This document shows, one piece after another, positions 23,905 through 37,311 of a DNA stretch of 64,000 nt. Source of the DNA: Podarcis liolepis (taxonomy: Eukaryota); assembly GCA_965112155.1 (NCBI GenBank), contig OZ218114.1; one strand, written 5' to 3'. The first letter of the stretch is position 1, and each line of letters begins with the position of its first letter. The notes below the pieces were generated by a model. It saw only the letters and a list, made by a program, of their open reading frames with translations, ran no database searches and was not told the origin of the DNA. The position numbers were made by a program, and so were the translations under genes.

Positions 23905-26900
23905 CAAAGGTGGCCTTTGTACATCCCCTGAGACAGGCGTTTGGTTCCCAGGAGCATTTCACAGACTGGCATAACCTTCAGTTCCCGCAAATTATTTATT
24001 GTATCATCTTGGCTTTCTGTGGAGGCTTCCTTGTGTCTCTGGTAAAATGTCAAGTTAATTTAGAGTTGATGTTGCGATCTCCTGACATTTTCATCCACTG
24101 TGTGACCACATTAAAAGGGAAGAGAGGAGGAGGTAGAGCCCCCTACACCTGGGAAGAAATAAGTAGGAGAAGCGGTTTCTGCTGCCAGTGCACAGCCAAG
24201 AACCAGCAAGAGCATTTTTTTTTTCCTTTTTATGGAATCAAACCCTTGCTCTGAGGAAACCAGTTTCACTTATGCATTGAAAGAAAACTTCTCAAATTGA
24301 AGGGGGAAAGGCAGCTTGAGTAATATTAAGCTTCCATGTATTCTGATGGCTTCTCATTTCATTCCTAGCATACCTGGAAGCTCCTGGAGTTGTAAAAGAA
24401 ATGTACAGTTTACCTTGGCTTCTGCTACCCCACTTCTGGTCAGTCAGCTGTGTTGACAGGATTGGTCCCACCTGTCCTCTTGGATCAGCTGCTGAGGACA
24501 GCAAATGTTGGGTACACTGAACTGGCTTCCTGGTACCCCTCTCCCCTGCAAAAAAGGGGGGGCAATTCTTCTAGGTTCATTGTGCAACTCCTATTTGCTG
24601 TGTTGGGACTTGCACAGGAGACATTCCAGCTGGGATTGGGTGACCTTTGATTAAAATTGCTTTTTGTTTCCCCCAACGCCAGCGCTAAGGTGCTTTTGCA
24701 TGTTCATTCAAGGATGCTTCATTTCACTAGGCTGGAGGCCTGGATGGAGAGCTGTGTGGAATGAAGCGTTAAATCTCTGCCCAGTATGCAGTTCCATGCT
24801 TCAAAAAATAATTTTCTATGCTACACAAAACTACTAAACGGATCCTGATTATTTTTGTGAAACATCTGGTCCGCAAATGAAGCTATCTCGTGGGTGTAGT
24901 ACAAGCAGGACGCTGTACAAAGCGCCACTTCCAACGCTCTCGCTTGGAAGTGCTGTTTTGCATAGTGTGCTCTTCTTCCGGCAGCAGCGTCAGACAGGGC
25001 ACCTCCTGCCCCCTTCCTTTCAGGGTGGTTCCACTTGCTCTGTCTAGGCCTGTTACATCCCTGCTTCTGTGTTCTTTCTGCCCTGCAAATCCTGCAGTTG
25101 TCTAGTTTAACTGAAACATAATGCAGATCGAAGGAGCTGAAGCAGGTGGGAATAAATGGAAGATTTTGACTGTGTCCTGCTTTTTACAGTCACCTATAGA
25201 TCTGTTTCCATCATGCATTCTTCTAAGCATCCCAGGGGCAAATGCCCGTCCAGCCATAGGGTGCTTGAGCTCGATAATCTTGACCCAGAATGGCAGCTCT
25301 TTCAGCTCTGTGTGCAAATTCTATGTCAAATTACCCGCTTTTTCTTCTTTTTAAAAAACAAATAAATGCAAGATTATGTCTTAATAGCATGCTTTGATTG
25401 CAGCATGGCATCTCAGGTAGGTGATAATTATACAAACAGTTACTACTCTGGGGGAAAGCATAGTTTCTCAAAGCAGGAGCAGTTAAGTTGCCTGGACTCT
25501 ATAGGCTGGCAACAGATTTAGGACTTTAGAAAAAAAAACTGTCCTTGGATTTTCATTTACGGAACCCATTCTGTTAGAGACTGTGGACTAATTTTATGGA
25601 TTAGTTTTTAAACCCCCCAGTCTGTCACACTCAGTGAACAATTTTAAGTTGGAGAGAAGCCATCTGAATGGATTAGAATGTGCCACCGAGGAGTTTGAAT
25701 GCCACTGTTTCAACTTAATATTGCCCAGCTGTCTCAGAGGCTGGCTTGTTAGGGGGGTGGGTAGTTCTTTTACATTGACCATGTTAAATGACTGATATCC
25801 AGAGGGATAGACAATGCCACCTCCACCCCACTTTGTAAGATAACATCATCCATGACAAAATATTAATGTCTTTGGTATCTAGTTATGTTTATTTTTATTA
25901 TAAAGAGTTTCTAACACTTGAGATAAAAAGCAACTTGATACTTAGAATGCAGTTTTCCTGCAGCTGGGCTACTCTTCCCCCAGTTACAATGTTTGGATTA
26001 TATTTGAAAAGCAAACACATAGTTGGTATACATATAGATGGGGTGGTGGGAGGGAAAGAAGGGAGATGCTGAGAAATGGGGGACATGCTTCTATTACTAT
26101 TTTTACTCCACATCCTCAGCAAATTTTAAGTTTGTCACTGCTCTTTAAGACCGGACAGACAATTGATTCACTCTTGTGTTGTTGTTTTTACATGAACTAG
26201 TGGCTTTGTGGACGGGATATGCCATAGTATTGTTAGCAAATTGACTCCTATTGTCCCCTCTGTCACTTGTGGGACCTACAGAATTTCTGGCAGATTATTT
26301 TTGATCTGTCCCTTAGTGTTTTTACCCCAAGGAGACAAATCAGGTGGTAATTCCTCCTCCTTTCAAAGTGGGGTGGGGTGGAGTGGGGGAACCATTCTTC
26401 TTCTTCTATGTGTTACTTTCTGCTTTTGAAAATGAAGCCATTTGTTCCTGGACATCACTGTAAAGTGCCTTAAGAATATATATATATATATCAGCATGAA
26501 TGCCATTGCTAAACCAGGAGCTCATTTGGGAAGATGGCCTAGACTGAGTTGGACTTCGAGGCAGTGCACCTTTTAATCATTAACTGCTTTATTTCCCGCT
26601 GTGATCACCCAGCCCATCTGCTAATCATAACTTTGCCATTCCAGCTGCAGCCAACATGATGTTGTTTGACTTTGAATATTTGTTCGCCTTTTAACTGCTT
26701 GAGAACTTTGTGTTTCATTTTTGTTTGTTTGTTACCTGCTGATCTCTGTCCCTGGATGGGAAAAGCGAGCTGCACTGTCCACACGGAACACTGTTCCTTG
26801 ACTAATAATCTTTTTCCATCATATGAGCAGAAGTTCTGGTTTCAGCACGGTTTAATTATGAACCGGAAGTTCACATAATTTCCCCCATACATAAACAGAC

Positions 26901-27375
26901 ACATAGAGGAAACAGGTTAGTCGATTATTCTGGGGAGAGCATGAAATTTCAGGCGTTAACACACAGCTCATCTAATTTAATCCTAGCATCCCCTCTGACC
27001 TTTCCTTTACACCTTTGAATCCCCCACCAGTTAAAATGAGACATTGTAGGCTATGCAATTGAGGATGAAAGGGGCAGGCCTCAAACTTCTATTTCATTAA
27101 CTGTCAAGCATTTTTGATGCTTTAATTTTGCCAAAGCTCCCAATGTGAGAACAGGAGCTTGGTGGTCCTGAACTGTGTGTTAGATTGGATTGCAAAGTGG
27201 AAAACTATCTGTGTTAGAATGGAGGATAAGATGTGCCATAGGTGAATTGCTGTCATATAAATCTTGATAAAACACCTATTTCAATTGTGCAAGGGGGTGT
27301 TGCTTTTCCTTCAATATTTTAAAATGTGGCAGCCTGTAAGTATCATGTATTTTCCCCCATGTGGATTATGTACCT

Positions 27376-27376
<1 letters not shown>

Positions 27377-27413
<37 letters not shown>
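27377..27413. repeat. (ATT)n microsatellite
   Basis: About 12 perfect units. Confidence 0.95.
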
Positions 27414-29748
27414 GTCTAACCCTTGCTCTGGAAAGTTAAGTATGCATTGTCCTCTGTTTGATTGCAAAGGGGAAATGGCCCCTGCTTTCTATTAAGTGGA
27501 AAGTCTGGCCGTCTCTGGATTCTGAGGGTGGCATGTCAACTGTGGAGAAACACCTCCATGTGCTTGTCTTCTGTAATAATAGAAAAGCTCAAGTTCTAGG
27601 GTAGTTTATGAGCTCAATTACATGTTGTGGAGCCTTGCAGAAAGCTATTCTTTTGTTCATTTAAACATTGCCTGTGCTGAACTAAAGAGGAACCTCCCAA
27701 ACCTTCTTTTGAGGTAAATGGCCTTGTTTGTGCTGCGCTGCAGAAACTCTGAACACTTAGCACTTTTCGAGCTGCTCCCAAAACAGCCGTCTCACCAATC
27801 CTATGGCCCCAACCCACATGTGTGGAGCTAAAGGTATATCAGTTTGTTGCTGAAATGGAAAGGGGGACAGGACCCTTTATGTCCAACTCCTCCAGCACAG
27901 ATGGCAAAGCGCTAGCTCACAAGCTGGATCTGGCCCACAAATCTTTCCTCCACAGCCCCCTGCCCACTCTTCTGACCTTTAGGGAAGGGGCTGCATGTCC
28001 AGCACTGATCCTATGGCCAGCGTGGCATAACATTCTTCATCCTGCTCATCATGGAAGCCAAGCAAGCTGCCTGGAGAGGGACAGAGCAATCTGTCCATCC
28101 TCAAGCAGCTCACTTCGTTTCCATGCTAGCCATGCGCATAACCATATTTTATGCAGAGTGACGGAAGTTGGGAGAGTAGAAAAGAAGTTGAGAGCCTTTG
28201 CCTGAATCGACTTCAAGCATTTTTCTTCCAGTGAATTAACTTTCCTTCCAGGGTCTGTCCCTGTTGAAGGCAAGCCCCAGCCCCCCAGAGAGAGAATAGG
28301 GGGTTGGTTCACTCATGGGTGCTGGTTTACCCATGGAGGAAAGCAACCTTAGTCCCCCCAACCCCCCAAAAAAGAAATGTTCTCTACTCCCGCCCACCCT
28401 AGGATTCTAATGTTGCTGAACAAGTGAAGGCTTAGCTGATTTATGTGATAATTTTTGTTGTCATGGCTGAACTGTGGGCAAAACTAGGCAAAAGCAATAT
28501 GTCTAACGTATGTTTTGACATATACAAATAGTCTTTGAATAAGAACTCTTTACACCCTTTGGGGATGCTTCAGAAGGTCCAGAAACCTTAGGAAGGTAGG
28601 GAAGACCTTTTCCAGCAAGGTACATGGAGAATACATAGCATCCTCTACACCCAAAGAGACACCTGAGACCGGGACTGGGCTCCCTCAGTAAAGCTTCAGA
28701 GGGCAAGGCTGCCAGAGGACGTCCCATCTAGGAATGTTCCTCTCTTTGGTGCATTCACAGCCCTAAGGTAGGAGTACGTTTGACAACCCACTTAGTTCCA
28801 CAAGCACTGGAGTCTGTCATGCTTTTAGCCTGCATGCTGTTAAAATGAACTGAGAACGGCACAGTCTGCTAGAACTGGGGTGCCCTTTCATTTTCTAGTT
28901 ACATCCCAAGCAACAGGAAACTTGTGGAAACATTCACAGTTCTTCTCAGTATCTGGTCCACAGAGCACTCTCTAGAGATGGAGATCTTTGCAGAAAGCTT
29001 TTCTTCAGTTTGCAAAGATGGAATCTGTTCTGTCGTCTTTATATATGTATCTCTTTATCTAAACTATGCATGACTTGCTAGAGGCAAGGCTACCTCCTCA
29101 ATGATGACCTGTTTTCAGCGTGAATGCAATGGCGTTGTATGCATTCATTCTTGGGAGACTTCCTATCATTGGTATTCCCCGGGATCAGGTGGATGCAGAA
29201 TGTTGCATAGCATCCGCAGGTATTATGTGCATGACAAAAGGGAAAGGAGACCCCCGGCAGCCAGGTAATGCACTGACTCCTCTGGCATTCCCCCATAGAA
29301 GGGAATGTCTTTTGCAAAGGCAATGTTTGAATGTATGAAAGCTTCTTCAAGACTTGCCTCTGCTTTCATAGCCTGGAGCCCTTTGATGTCCCTGTGCTCA
29401 CTTCCCCACGGAGCAGGTGGCTCTGGTGTTTCTCCCCACTTTGCATGTCTCCCTAACTCTTGACCACCAGAAAGCATCCCTGCTGGCAAATCTCCAGAAC
29501 CAAAGCAAACAAGGGTCCCCCCCACCCCACCCCCTCAGGCTCACAGCTTTTAAGCTCAAGGCATGTCTCTTTAAAACAGTGCAACTCACTTCAAATGCTT
29601 TTTGCCTTTCATTTTATTATTGCTTGTCACGCAATGTTCTTTGAAAGCTTGCTCATATATTATCTGTTCCATTTTTTCCATTTCCCTTTTTTTGCATGCT
29701 GTTCCTCCTGTTTCTTCCCTTCCTCCAAACCTCTGTTCCCGTGTGTAG

Positions 29749-29781
29749 ACACAACGGCGACGACAGAACCGGCAGTTCACG
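29749..29781 (+). CDS. CADM1: CADM1 alternative micro-exon 9: (D)TTATTEPAVH
   Basis: Pyrimidine tract ending gtgtgtag|, donor CACG|gttggt; 33 nt, phase 1/1; peptide matches the known 11-aa CADM1 insert and is visible inside ORF 29460..29888. Confidence 0.95.
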
Positions 29782-30644
29782 GTTGGTATTGCATTCCTGT
29801 TTATCTTTTCTCTCAGCAGCGCTGTGCTGAGTGGCAAGGCAAGCCTGGGAGGAAAGGCAGGAGGCGGAGGGGGCGGGCAGAGAAATGAGGGAGCCAGAGA
29901 TAAAGTTTTTTTTTTTAGGGGTTGGAGGACTAATGCTTCAAGTGGACTGATCTCATAAATATGCCATGATTTTTAAGACTCGAAGGGATGTCTAGCCTTG
30001 TCGTTTCTGCTGCGAATTTAGCATTCAATTGTTGCAGGCCTGGGCATCCAGCTATTCCCCAAACCCAGCAAAAACAGCAGGCATATCAGAGCAGAACAAG
30101 AGGAATGGCTGCATTTCAGCAACCAGTATTTCTGACAGTCGGAACGAAACATTCCAGAGGAATCTGGCTTTGGAAATTGTGGCCCAAGTGTTGTTTTAAT
30201 TGTAATGCCTGCCATTCCCAGGGAATCTCTCAGGTATGCAAGAGAGGCATAAGACATTTAGTATGCTGAGGCAGTTCCACGGAGTAATCTGTCGTGTCAT
30301 AGGTCACCAGAAAGCCTTTCATTAGCAAGCTTCCAAACACATGCTCCACTGCAACGGGCTCTCCCTGGCCATGGTCAGAACAGACAAGCAAGCTCACCCC
30401 ACTCACCTGTTTTGCGTCTCTTCCTTCAAACAGCTTGACAGCTTTCACGTCCCCCAGATTTTAAAGTAGGATCCAGTATCACAGACTAGCAACTGGGTTG
30501 ATAAAATAACTTTAATATACAAATTCCAGTTACCTGACTAAATTTTAACCCATAACCTTATTGCTAAAAGTGCACCCTGTCTTTTTCTTAAGAAGCACAA
30601 GACTTGGTGAAACTTATTGGAATGATTGCCCTGAGTGAAAGAGC

Positions 30645-30760
30645 TGACATGGTGTCCTCTAGATGTTGTTGGACTACAGTTCCCATCAACCCTGGCCATT
30701 TGCTTGGCTGGCGGGGGCTGACGGGAGTGGGAGTTCAGTAACTTACAGAAGGCCGTACAT
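30645..30760. mobile_element. Palindromic MITE (family of 34891), diverged
   Basis: agatgttgttggactacagttcccatca ... tgacgggagt core. Confidence 0.6.
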
Positions 30761-30994
30761 TGGCTTTGCTTGTGAGCAGCTCTGAGTTTGAGACTGGGGT
30801 CTTCCCCAGCCTTTGCCACCCGATATCCTTTTAAAGTTCACTCACTCCCAATCTATTTTATCAGCCTTGAGGGAGACTTCTGTAATAAACATCACATTAT
30901 GGTTATTGTGCAATTCGTAATTGGCTATCCAATTCATACATAATCCAAAGGTTCACAAGGGGTCTACTAGGTCAAATTCTTCATGACACTATAA

Positions 30995-31232
30995 CATTGG
31001 AATGCCCTCCCCAAGGAGGCTCGCCTAGCACCTTCATTACGTTTCTTTAGGTGCCAGGTGAAAGCATTCCTCTTCTCCCAGGCCTTTGGCTAATTAAACA
31101 ATCTATGGCCTTTTAAATGGGGAGGGTAATTGTTCTTGCTTATTATTACGGTATTTATCATTGTGTTTTTATATTGTGAACTACCCTGTGACCTTTGGAT
31201 GAAGGGTGGTATAGAAATCTAATAAATAACAA
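30995..31232 (+). mobile_element. L2-like LINE 3' end
   Basis: tggaatgccctccccaaggag (WNALP), aggtgaaagcattcctcttc, terminus gaagggtggtatagaaatctaataaataa. Confidence 0.65.
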
Positions 31233-31246
31233 TATTAGTTTAATGT

Positions 31247-31592
31247 GGGACCCGGGTGGCGCTGTGGGTTAAACCACAGAGCCTAGGACTTGCCGATCAG
31301 TAGGTTGGCAGTTCAAATCCCCACGACGGGGTGAGCTCCCGCTACTCAGTCCCTGCTCCTGCCATCCTAGCAGTTCAAAAGCACGTCAAAGTGGATAAAT
31401 AGGTACCGCTCCGGCGGGAAGGTAAACGTCGTTTCTGTGCGCTGCCAGAAACGGCTTAGTCATGCTGGCCACATGACCTGGAAGCTGCACGTCGGCTCCC
31501 TCAGCCAATAAAGCGAGATGAGCGCCGCAACCCCAGAGTCGGCCATGACTGGACCTAATGGTCAGGGGTCCCTTTATCCATTTACCTTTACC
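31247..31592 (+). mobile_element. Sauria SINE, near full length
   Basis: gggacccgggtggcgctgtgggttaaacc head, (TTTACC)n tail, perfect 12-bp TSD TTAGTTTAATGT (31235-31246 / 31593-31604); high identity to three other copies. Confidence 0.93.
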
Positions 31593-34539
31593 TTAGTTTA
31601 ATGTAAAACAGATTTCCTTGTTGCGTAGGGTGCCAGGTCTTCCTTTGCAGTTGCCATTTGGGAATTACTTGAGCATGTCCAGTGTCTTCACTCTGCATGC
31701 TCCTAATAGAGATGGACATAATATGTTGAGGGCCTGTCATTGCAGAGACATGGAACTGGTATCTGCCTGCCTGAACATTTTTCAGGATAGCAGCCACCGT
31801 GGTTGCCACCGTGTTGGAAGTCCCCAGTCACATGCAGTTGGGGCACAGTGCATGCACCAAAGGCGTTAGAAGCATGGACGTGAAACATTCCTGCACATAG
31901 TCCTGCTGTCCTATTTCTCTGTATTCTACGTGTGTGGAAAGGAAGTCTTTGAAATTCCAAAGTCAGCCTTCTCAAATCCTCAGTTTTCGGCAAATGCTGA
32001 AGGAAGAGATGACAAAGTGTATTAGACAAATACACATCTTGGATGTCTATTTGGCCTAAGAGAGTCTGCATGTTGTATTTTCATACTCAGCAGTTGATTT
32101 GCAGACTGGAGAGCCCACTGTAAATTGATAAAATCCCACTGGAATTAGCTTGATTCTGTTTGCCTCTACATTTCTAATTATCATACTATTAGGAATTTTG
32201 GCTCAACGAGTAGACATTTTAACTGAAACCTTTTGACTGTCACTGAAGTGTTAAAGCTCTGTATGTCTGCTGCTTCAGGCCTATAGTAGCAGCTAAAGCT
32301 ACCTTCTGCTAATAAACAATTATTAGTGATGGGTTTATAATTGAGCATTAGTCCTGACTCACTTGCTACTGAAATAAATGATGAAGTCTGGAGAATTGGC
32401 TAATCCGCCCCCATCCCATTGTCCACTCTTATGTCAGCAACATTTCAGTCACAGAAGCCACAAGCTAGATTGGATTTGAGGGTGGAGAGTAACAGCCTAA
32501 ATGAACCAAGGGTCTCAGTTGTACTCAAGATTCATTGGGATTGACAGTACCAACATAGATGAACCATTATGAAGCACCTTGTATCCACTTGCCACGATTG
32601 CTAGCACTGTGTAAACAAAAAGATATTTAAGACTTACTGAGGTCCTATTGGTTGTGTGGTTCCATTGAGACCACCATTAATGACAGAAGCATCTGAAAAC
32701 TTGTAAAGAAAACATTATGGTAATGGGCAAAGAATTCCAGAACAAGAGTTTTACAAAAGTAAAAGCTGGGACAAAAACAAAACAAAACAAAACAAAAGAA
32801 TGAATTAGATGTTCAGTTGTTGCTGCCCAAAGAGGAAACTGTAGCTTTTGTTTTAAGGAAACAGAGGCATGAATGTTGTATGGGTATCCCTAATCTTTAA
32901 AATAAATAAAACTAATATTTTGAGGTCATTGCACTTGAAGTCACCTCAGGTTGCATAAGTTAATTTCACTAAATAATTTCAGTGAAATTACTAATATGTA
33001 CACTTGAACATTGTTCGGCCCATTAGATAGTTGATACTCATTAGAAAGATAGTTGGAAAATATTTTGGAAAGTGGACTATTAATGATGCAAGAACACACA
33101 CATACATGCACACATTTTAGAGGTATACAAGACCCACAAATCAAGTCAACTTTAGCCTTAATATAGCCCAAAGTAAACTGGGGAACAGATCAGATATTTA
33201 GCCAGAAATGCCTTGTGCATTGAAAATGGTCAGCATATTGACTGCAAGCACCCCATAACTTCCAAACTGGAGATGAGAAAGTTGTTGAACAAATAAATTA
33301 CTAGGCATGTCAGGCAAATTGACCTATGATATGCTTTCTGCCTTAAAGTAATAATAAAAGATCCTGGTTCGTTTGGTGTCCCTTCTTTGTCAAGGTTGCC
33401 CTTCCCCCGTTGAAGCTTCTTTGTGGTTTCCTTCCAAGCTTGCATTGCCAGCGTGTGTATGAAGTTGAGCAGATATTTCTTGTGTGTTGGCCATTTTGTT
33501 CTGAACAATGTCCAAATGAAAGTGAGCATGTCTGTGGATGGTGAGAAATGCATGATGGGCATGATGGGTAACCTGTCAAACCAGATGGATTGCCTCCAAA
33601 AATTTCAAATTAAAACACTAGCGGAAGGCCCAATACCCAAAGTCTCATTTGAGGACACAGGCTGCTTTTCGATATGAGGGAGGTGCTTGATCACTCCATG
33701 AATTTTTTGGAGTGTATCCGAAAGGACTGGAGGCGGGGGAAGGAGTTTGTCTGCATGCAAAACTATAGCAACCTCCCGCCATCTCTCTTCTCACAAGGCA
33801 GGACTTAACAGCAGCTATGCATGGGCAAGTTTAAAGCACGAGCATTTAACTCTTCCAACTGCATTTAAAGCTGAGATCTTTAACTTGCGGGTTTCCAGGT
33901 GTGCTTCCCCCCTCCCCCCACTCTTCTGCATTCATTGTCAGAATTCTAATAACAGCATGCTGTTCGTGGCTGACGCTGGGGCTCTGGCTTTGGCTGCACT
34001 TCAGTGCCTTTTTTCAAGAATCCCATTTCCCTTTTAACTTTCACCTTGCAGTGCAGATGCCTTTTGGAAAGTTTCTGTTCTCTAAATCAGTAGAACAAAG
34101 CAGGACAGCTGCACGTGCTGGAGAGGTGGACCAAATGATTCCTACAAGCCAACCCCTTGCTATTTTTGGAGATTTGATTTTTTTAATCCTTTCTATCCTA
34201 AAAAAAAAGTCATTCCAAGAATTTGTCCTACAAAGCTTGACTTGAGAGTACACCTACCCTATTTTGGCTAATGATGCTAACAATGCCCTTTATTCCCCAG
34301 TGAACCACTTACCAGAGAAAGGAAGAGCAGAAGAGTGTCGTTTTTAAATCAGATATGCATTTCAATAATGCAGTTCAGACAGAGTTAGGATGTTAAACGC
34401 TGCTCTCAAATATTTCCGAGTGTGATGCTAATTCCCCAGGACAAGTGCTTCTGAACAACTTCACAATAAGTTCTCTAGTGGGTTTAACCCCCCCACACAC
34501 ACACACAGTTATGGCCACATTACACTGCCTCTTTTTTAA

Positions 34540-34660
34540 CCAACATAGTGCCCTGCAGAAGTTGGACCCCAGCTCCCTTCAGCCCCTGCCAGCATAGCCA
34601 GTGGTCAGGGATGATTCAAGCTGTATTCCAACAGTACCTGGAGTGCGCCAGTGGCTATGT
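34540..34660. mobile_element. Palindromic MITE (family of 34891), diverged
   Basis: gttggaccccagctccc...gtggtcagggatgattcaagctgtattccaaca core. Confidence 0.5.
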
Positions 34661-34890
34661 TGACCCCAATGCTAACATCTCCAGTAGAACGCTTTGAACC
34701 CTCAGTTTCCTCCTCCTTCCTGGTTCATCTGAAACAGAAACCATATGCCAGTTGTTAAAGGTATGCATTGCATTGAAGTTCTGACATTGTGCAGCATTGC
34801 AATGCACACACATGTGCTGCTACAAAAATTGAGAGAGAGAGAGAATTATAGTGGCCTTCAGGTTATAGATGCAGTTGACCAGCTTTAGGG

Positions 34891-35026
34891 CAGTGTTTCC
34901 CAACCTTGGGCCTCCAGCTGTTTTTGAGCTACAATTCCCATCATCCCTGACCACTGGTCTTGCTAGCTAGGGATGATGGGAGTTGTAGTCCAAAAACAGC
35001 TGGAGGCCCAAGGTTGGGAAACACTG
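34891..35026. mobile_element. Young 136-bp hAT MITE, almost wholly palindromic
   Basis: 58-bp inverted arms starting CAGTGTTTCCCAACCTTGGG with 3 mismatches, 20-nt spacer, perfect 8-bp TSD CTTTAGGG (34883-34890 / 35027-35034). Confidence 0.93.
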
Positions 35027-35861
35027 CTTTAGGGACATCTCAAATGGAGCATCTTTTCAACAGCAATTCAGTCTGGAGATTGGGTTTCAGCAGTCATATC
35101 ATTTAAACTGGGAGCAACATATCCCAAGGGAGATATGGGCAATCAATGTCTTTTTCAAAGTTGATAAAGCAGACCTACGAGCCCAGGAAGTGAGTGGGAT
35201 GCAGGATCCACGTAGTGAGTTAGACTGTACACCCACACCAACACAACCTAAAGTAGTGCTCTGTGGCTCCTCTGAAGTAAGCATGCTGCCCAACCATTCA
35301 GATGGAACAGAAAGCTATGTAGAACAGCCTGCCCACATCTGAAGACATGCTAAAATATATATAACTGTTATTGAAATAGAAGAGAGAGAAAAACCACAGC
35401 AGTATCAAAGGGGAACAGCATCGGCAGTCACTAAAGAGCCTGAAAACTATTATTTTTTGGAAGCAGCAATTATTCCTTTGTCTTAGCCCAGAAGTTTGTG
35501 CTGTCTCTGCCCTCTTCTCACGTGGTCCAGGATTGGCTCAATAAGAAAATATTCACCAAGCAAAAATCTTGGCTAGCTACGTTTGAAATCACAAGTGTGA
35601 CAGCAATAGAATAAGAAATAAATAACTGGCAATTTAAGATGGCAGGATGATGGGTGTAATTTTTCTGCAGCATTTTTTTATATATATAAAAAATTAAACA
35701 TCTGTATGCTACTTTTCAGCCTGCAGTATGACTCACAACAACAAATGACAAATGATAAAAATGACAAATGATAAAACAAAAAAGCATTACTAAAACAGTC
35801 ATCAGATTAAAGAGAGGCGGCAGCAGCAAAACATTAAGCAGCAATATCAGGTGAACAAATT

Positions 35862-36230
35862 CTGGGACTGAACCAGCTTTTGGCATGCTGGTGGATGACC
35901 TATATCAAGAGTGGGACAGGCAGAGTGGGACTGCTTCTGCTTCTTGATCTCAGCGACTTTTGATACCATTGACTATGGTATTCTCAGGGACCGACTGGCT
36001 CTGTGGATGGGTCTTATGGGCACTGTTATGGGCACTGTGGTTCAGTTCCTACCTCCAGGGTCATGTGCAAAGAGTAGAACTGGGAGGCTGTTTTGGCTCC
36101 ATGGTCTTTGCGTTGTGATGTACAGCTGGGTACAGTTTTGTCCCCAGTGCTGTATTTAACTTCTGTATGAGGACACTGGATGCAGATGTTCAGAGATGGA
36201 GGGCAAGTTGTCGTGAGTACGCTCAGTACT
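35862..36230 (+). mobile_element. L2-clade LINE reverse transcriptase relic
   Basis: Decayed GTE...LVDDL, LLDLSA(T)FDTIDYGILRDRL and gtacagttttgtccccagtgctgtatttaac (GSxLSPxLFN-like) motifs. Confidence 0.75.
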
Positions 36231-36260
36231 TTTTTTCTGACTGACTGTGCTCACACAGTA

Positions 36261-36616
36261 TGGGACGCGGGTGGCACTGTGGATTAAACCACAGAGCCTA
36301 GGACTTGCTGATCAGAAGGTCGGCGATTCGACGGGGTGAGCTCCCGTTGCTCGGTCCCTGCTCCTGCCAACCTAGCAGTTCGAAAGCACGTCAAAAGTGC
36401 AAGTAGATAAATAGGTACCACTCCGGCGGGAAGGTAAACGGCATTTCCGTGCGCTGCTCTGGTTCGCCAGAAGCGGCTTAGTCATGCTGGCCACATGACC
36501 CGAAAGCTGTACGCCGGCTCCCTCGGCCAATAAAGCGAGATGAGCTCCGCAACCCCAGAGTCGGTCAGTCACGACTGGACCTAATGGTCAGGGGTCCCTT
36601 TACCTTTACCTTTTTA
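36261..36616 (+). mobile_element. Sauria SINE, full length
   Basis: gggacgcgggtggcactgtgg head, (TTTACC)n tail, 11-bp TSD CTCACACAGTA (36250-36260 / 36617-36627); many CpGs retained. Confidence 0.94.
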
Positions 36617-37311
36617 CTCACACAGTACTGGCACCTCCCCCCCCCCAAAAAAAAAATATCTTGGCTTCTAAAGTGTGCATGTGAGCAGGGCACAGGGTCT
36701 TATTTTGCAAGTGTTAAAGATTGTGTAGATTCATCTGGGAGAGCAATTACTCATCCTCTGAGAGACATGAAAATTCAGGACAAAAACCTTGCAAATTTTA
36801 CTAGAAATACCATTGCATACAAAAATTAGCAGTAAAAAACCATATTTCAAGCACAATAATAAAAGAGAGAGGTGTGAAATTAAACAACCTAGTGCCTCCA
36901 AGCAATACCTTCCATTGCCACAGACCAAGACAAACCAGCTTCCGAATGACATAGTATGGTTCAATATACATTGCAAAACAGAGGGGAAATGCATTTGTTT
37001 ATTGTTATTTCTCCAGTTTGTAGACAGCCCTTCATCATGTCAATGTGATCTCAAGGTAGTTTCCAACAAAGCACAAAATATAATACATAAAAGAAAACAG
37101 TTATTAAAAACAACCCAATTAATAAAAAGAAGCAGGGGAGCAACAGCCTGGTGACAATGTAATCAAAGAGAGGTTACTAATTTACTCCAAATTCCTTGGA
37201 GAATAGGATTGTTTTAAGGCAAATGCTCTTTAAAAATAAAGTTGTAAAATAATTTTATATTTGCATCTTACTTACTTATATTGCTCCTTTTTTTGGTTAG
37301 GCACTGAGTAG

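Noticed and set aside
23607-24254. Longest ORF in the track (215 aa)
   Set aside because: Non-ATG start, no recognisable domain, runs through a MITE relic inside a CADM1 intron; chance open frame.
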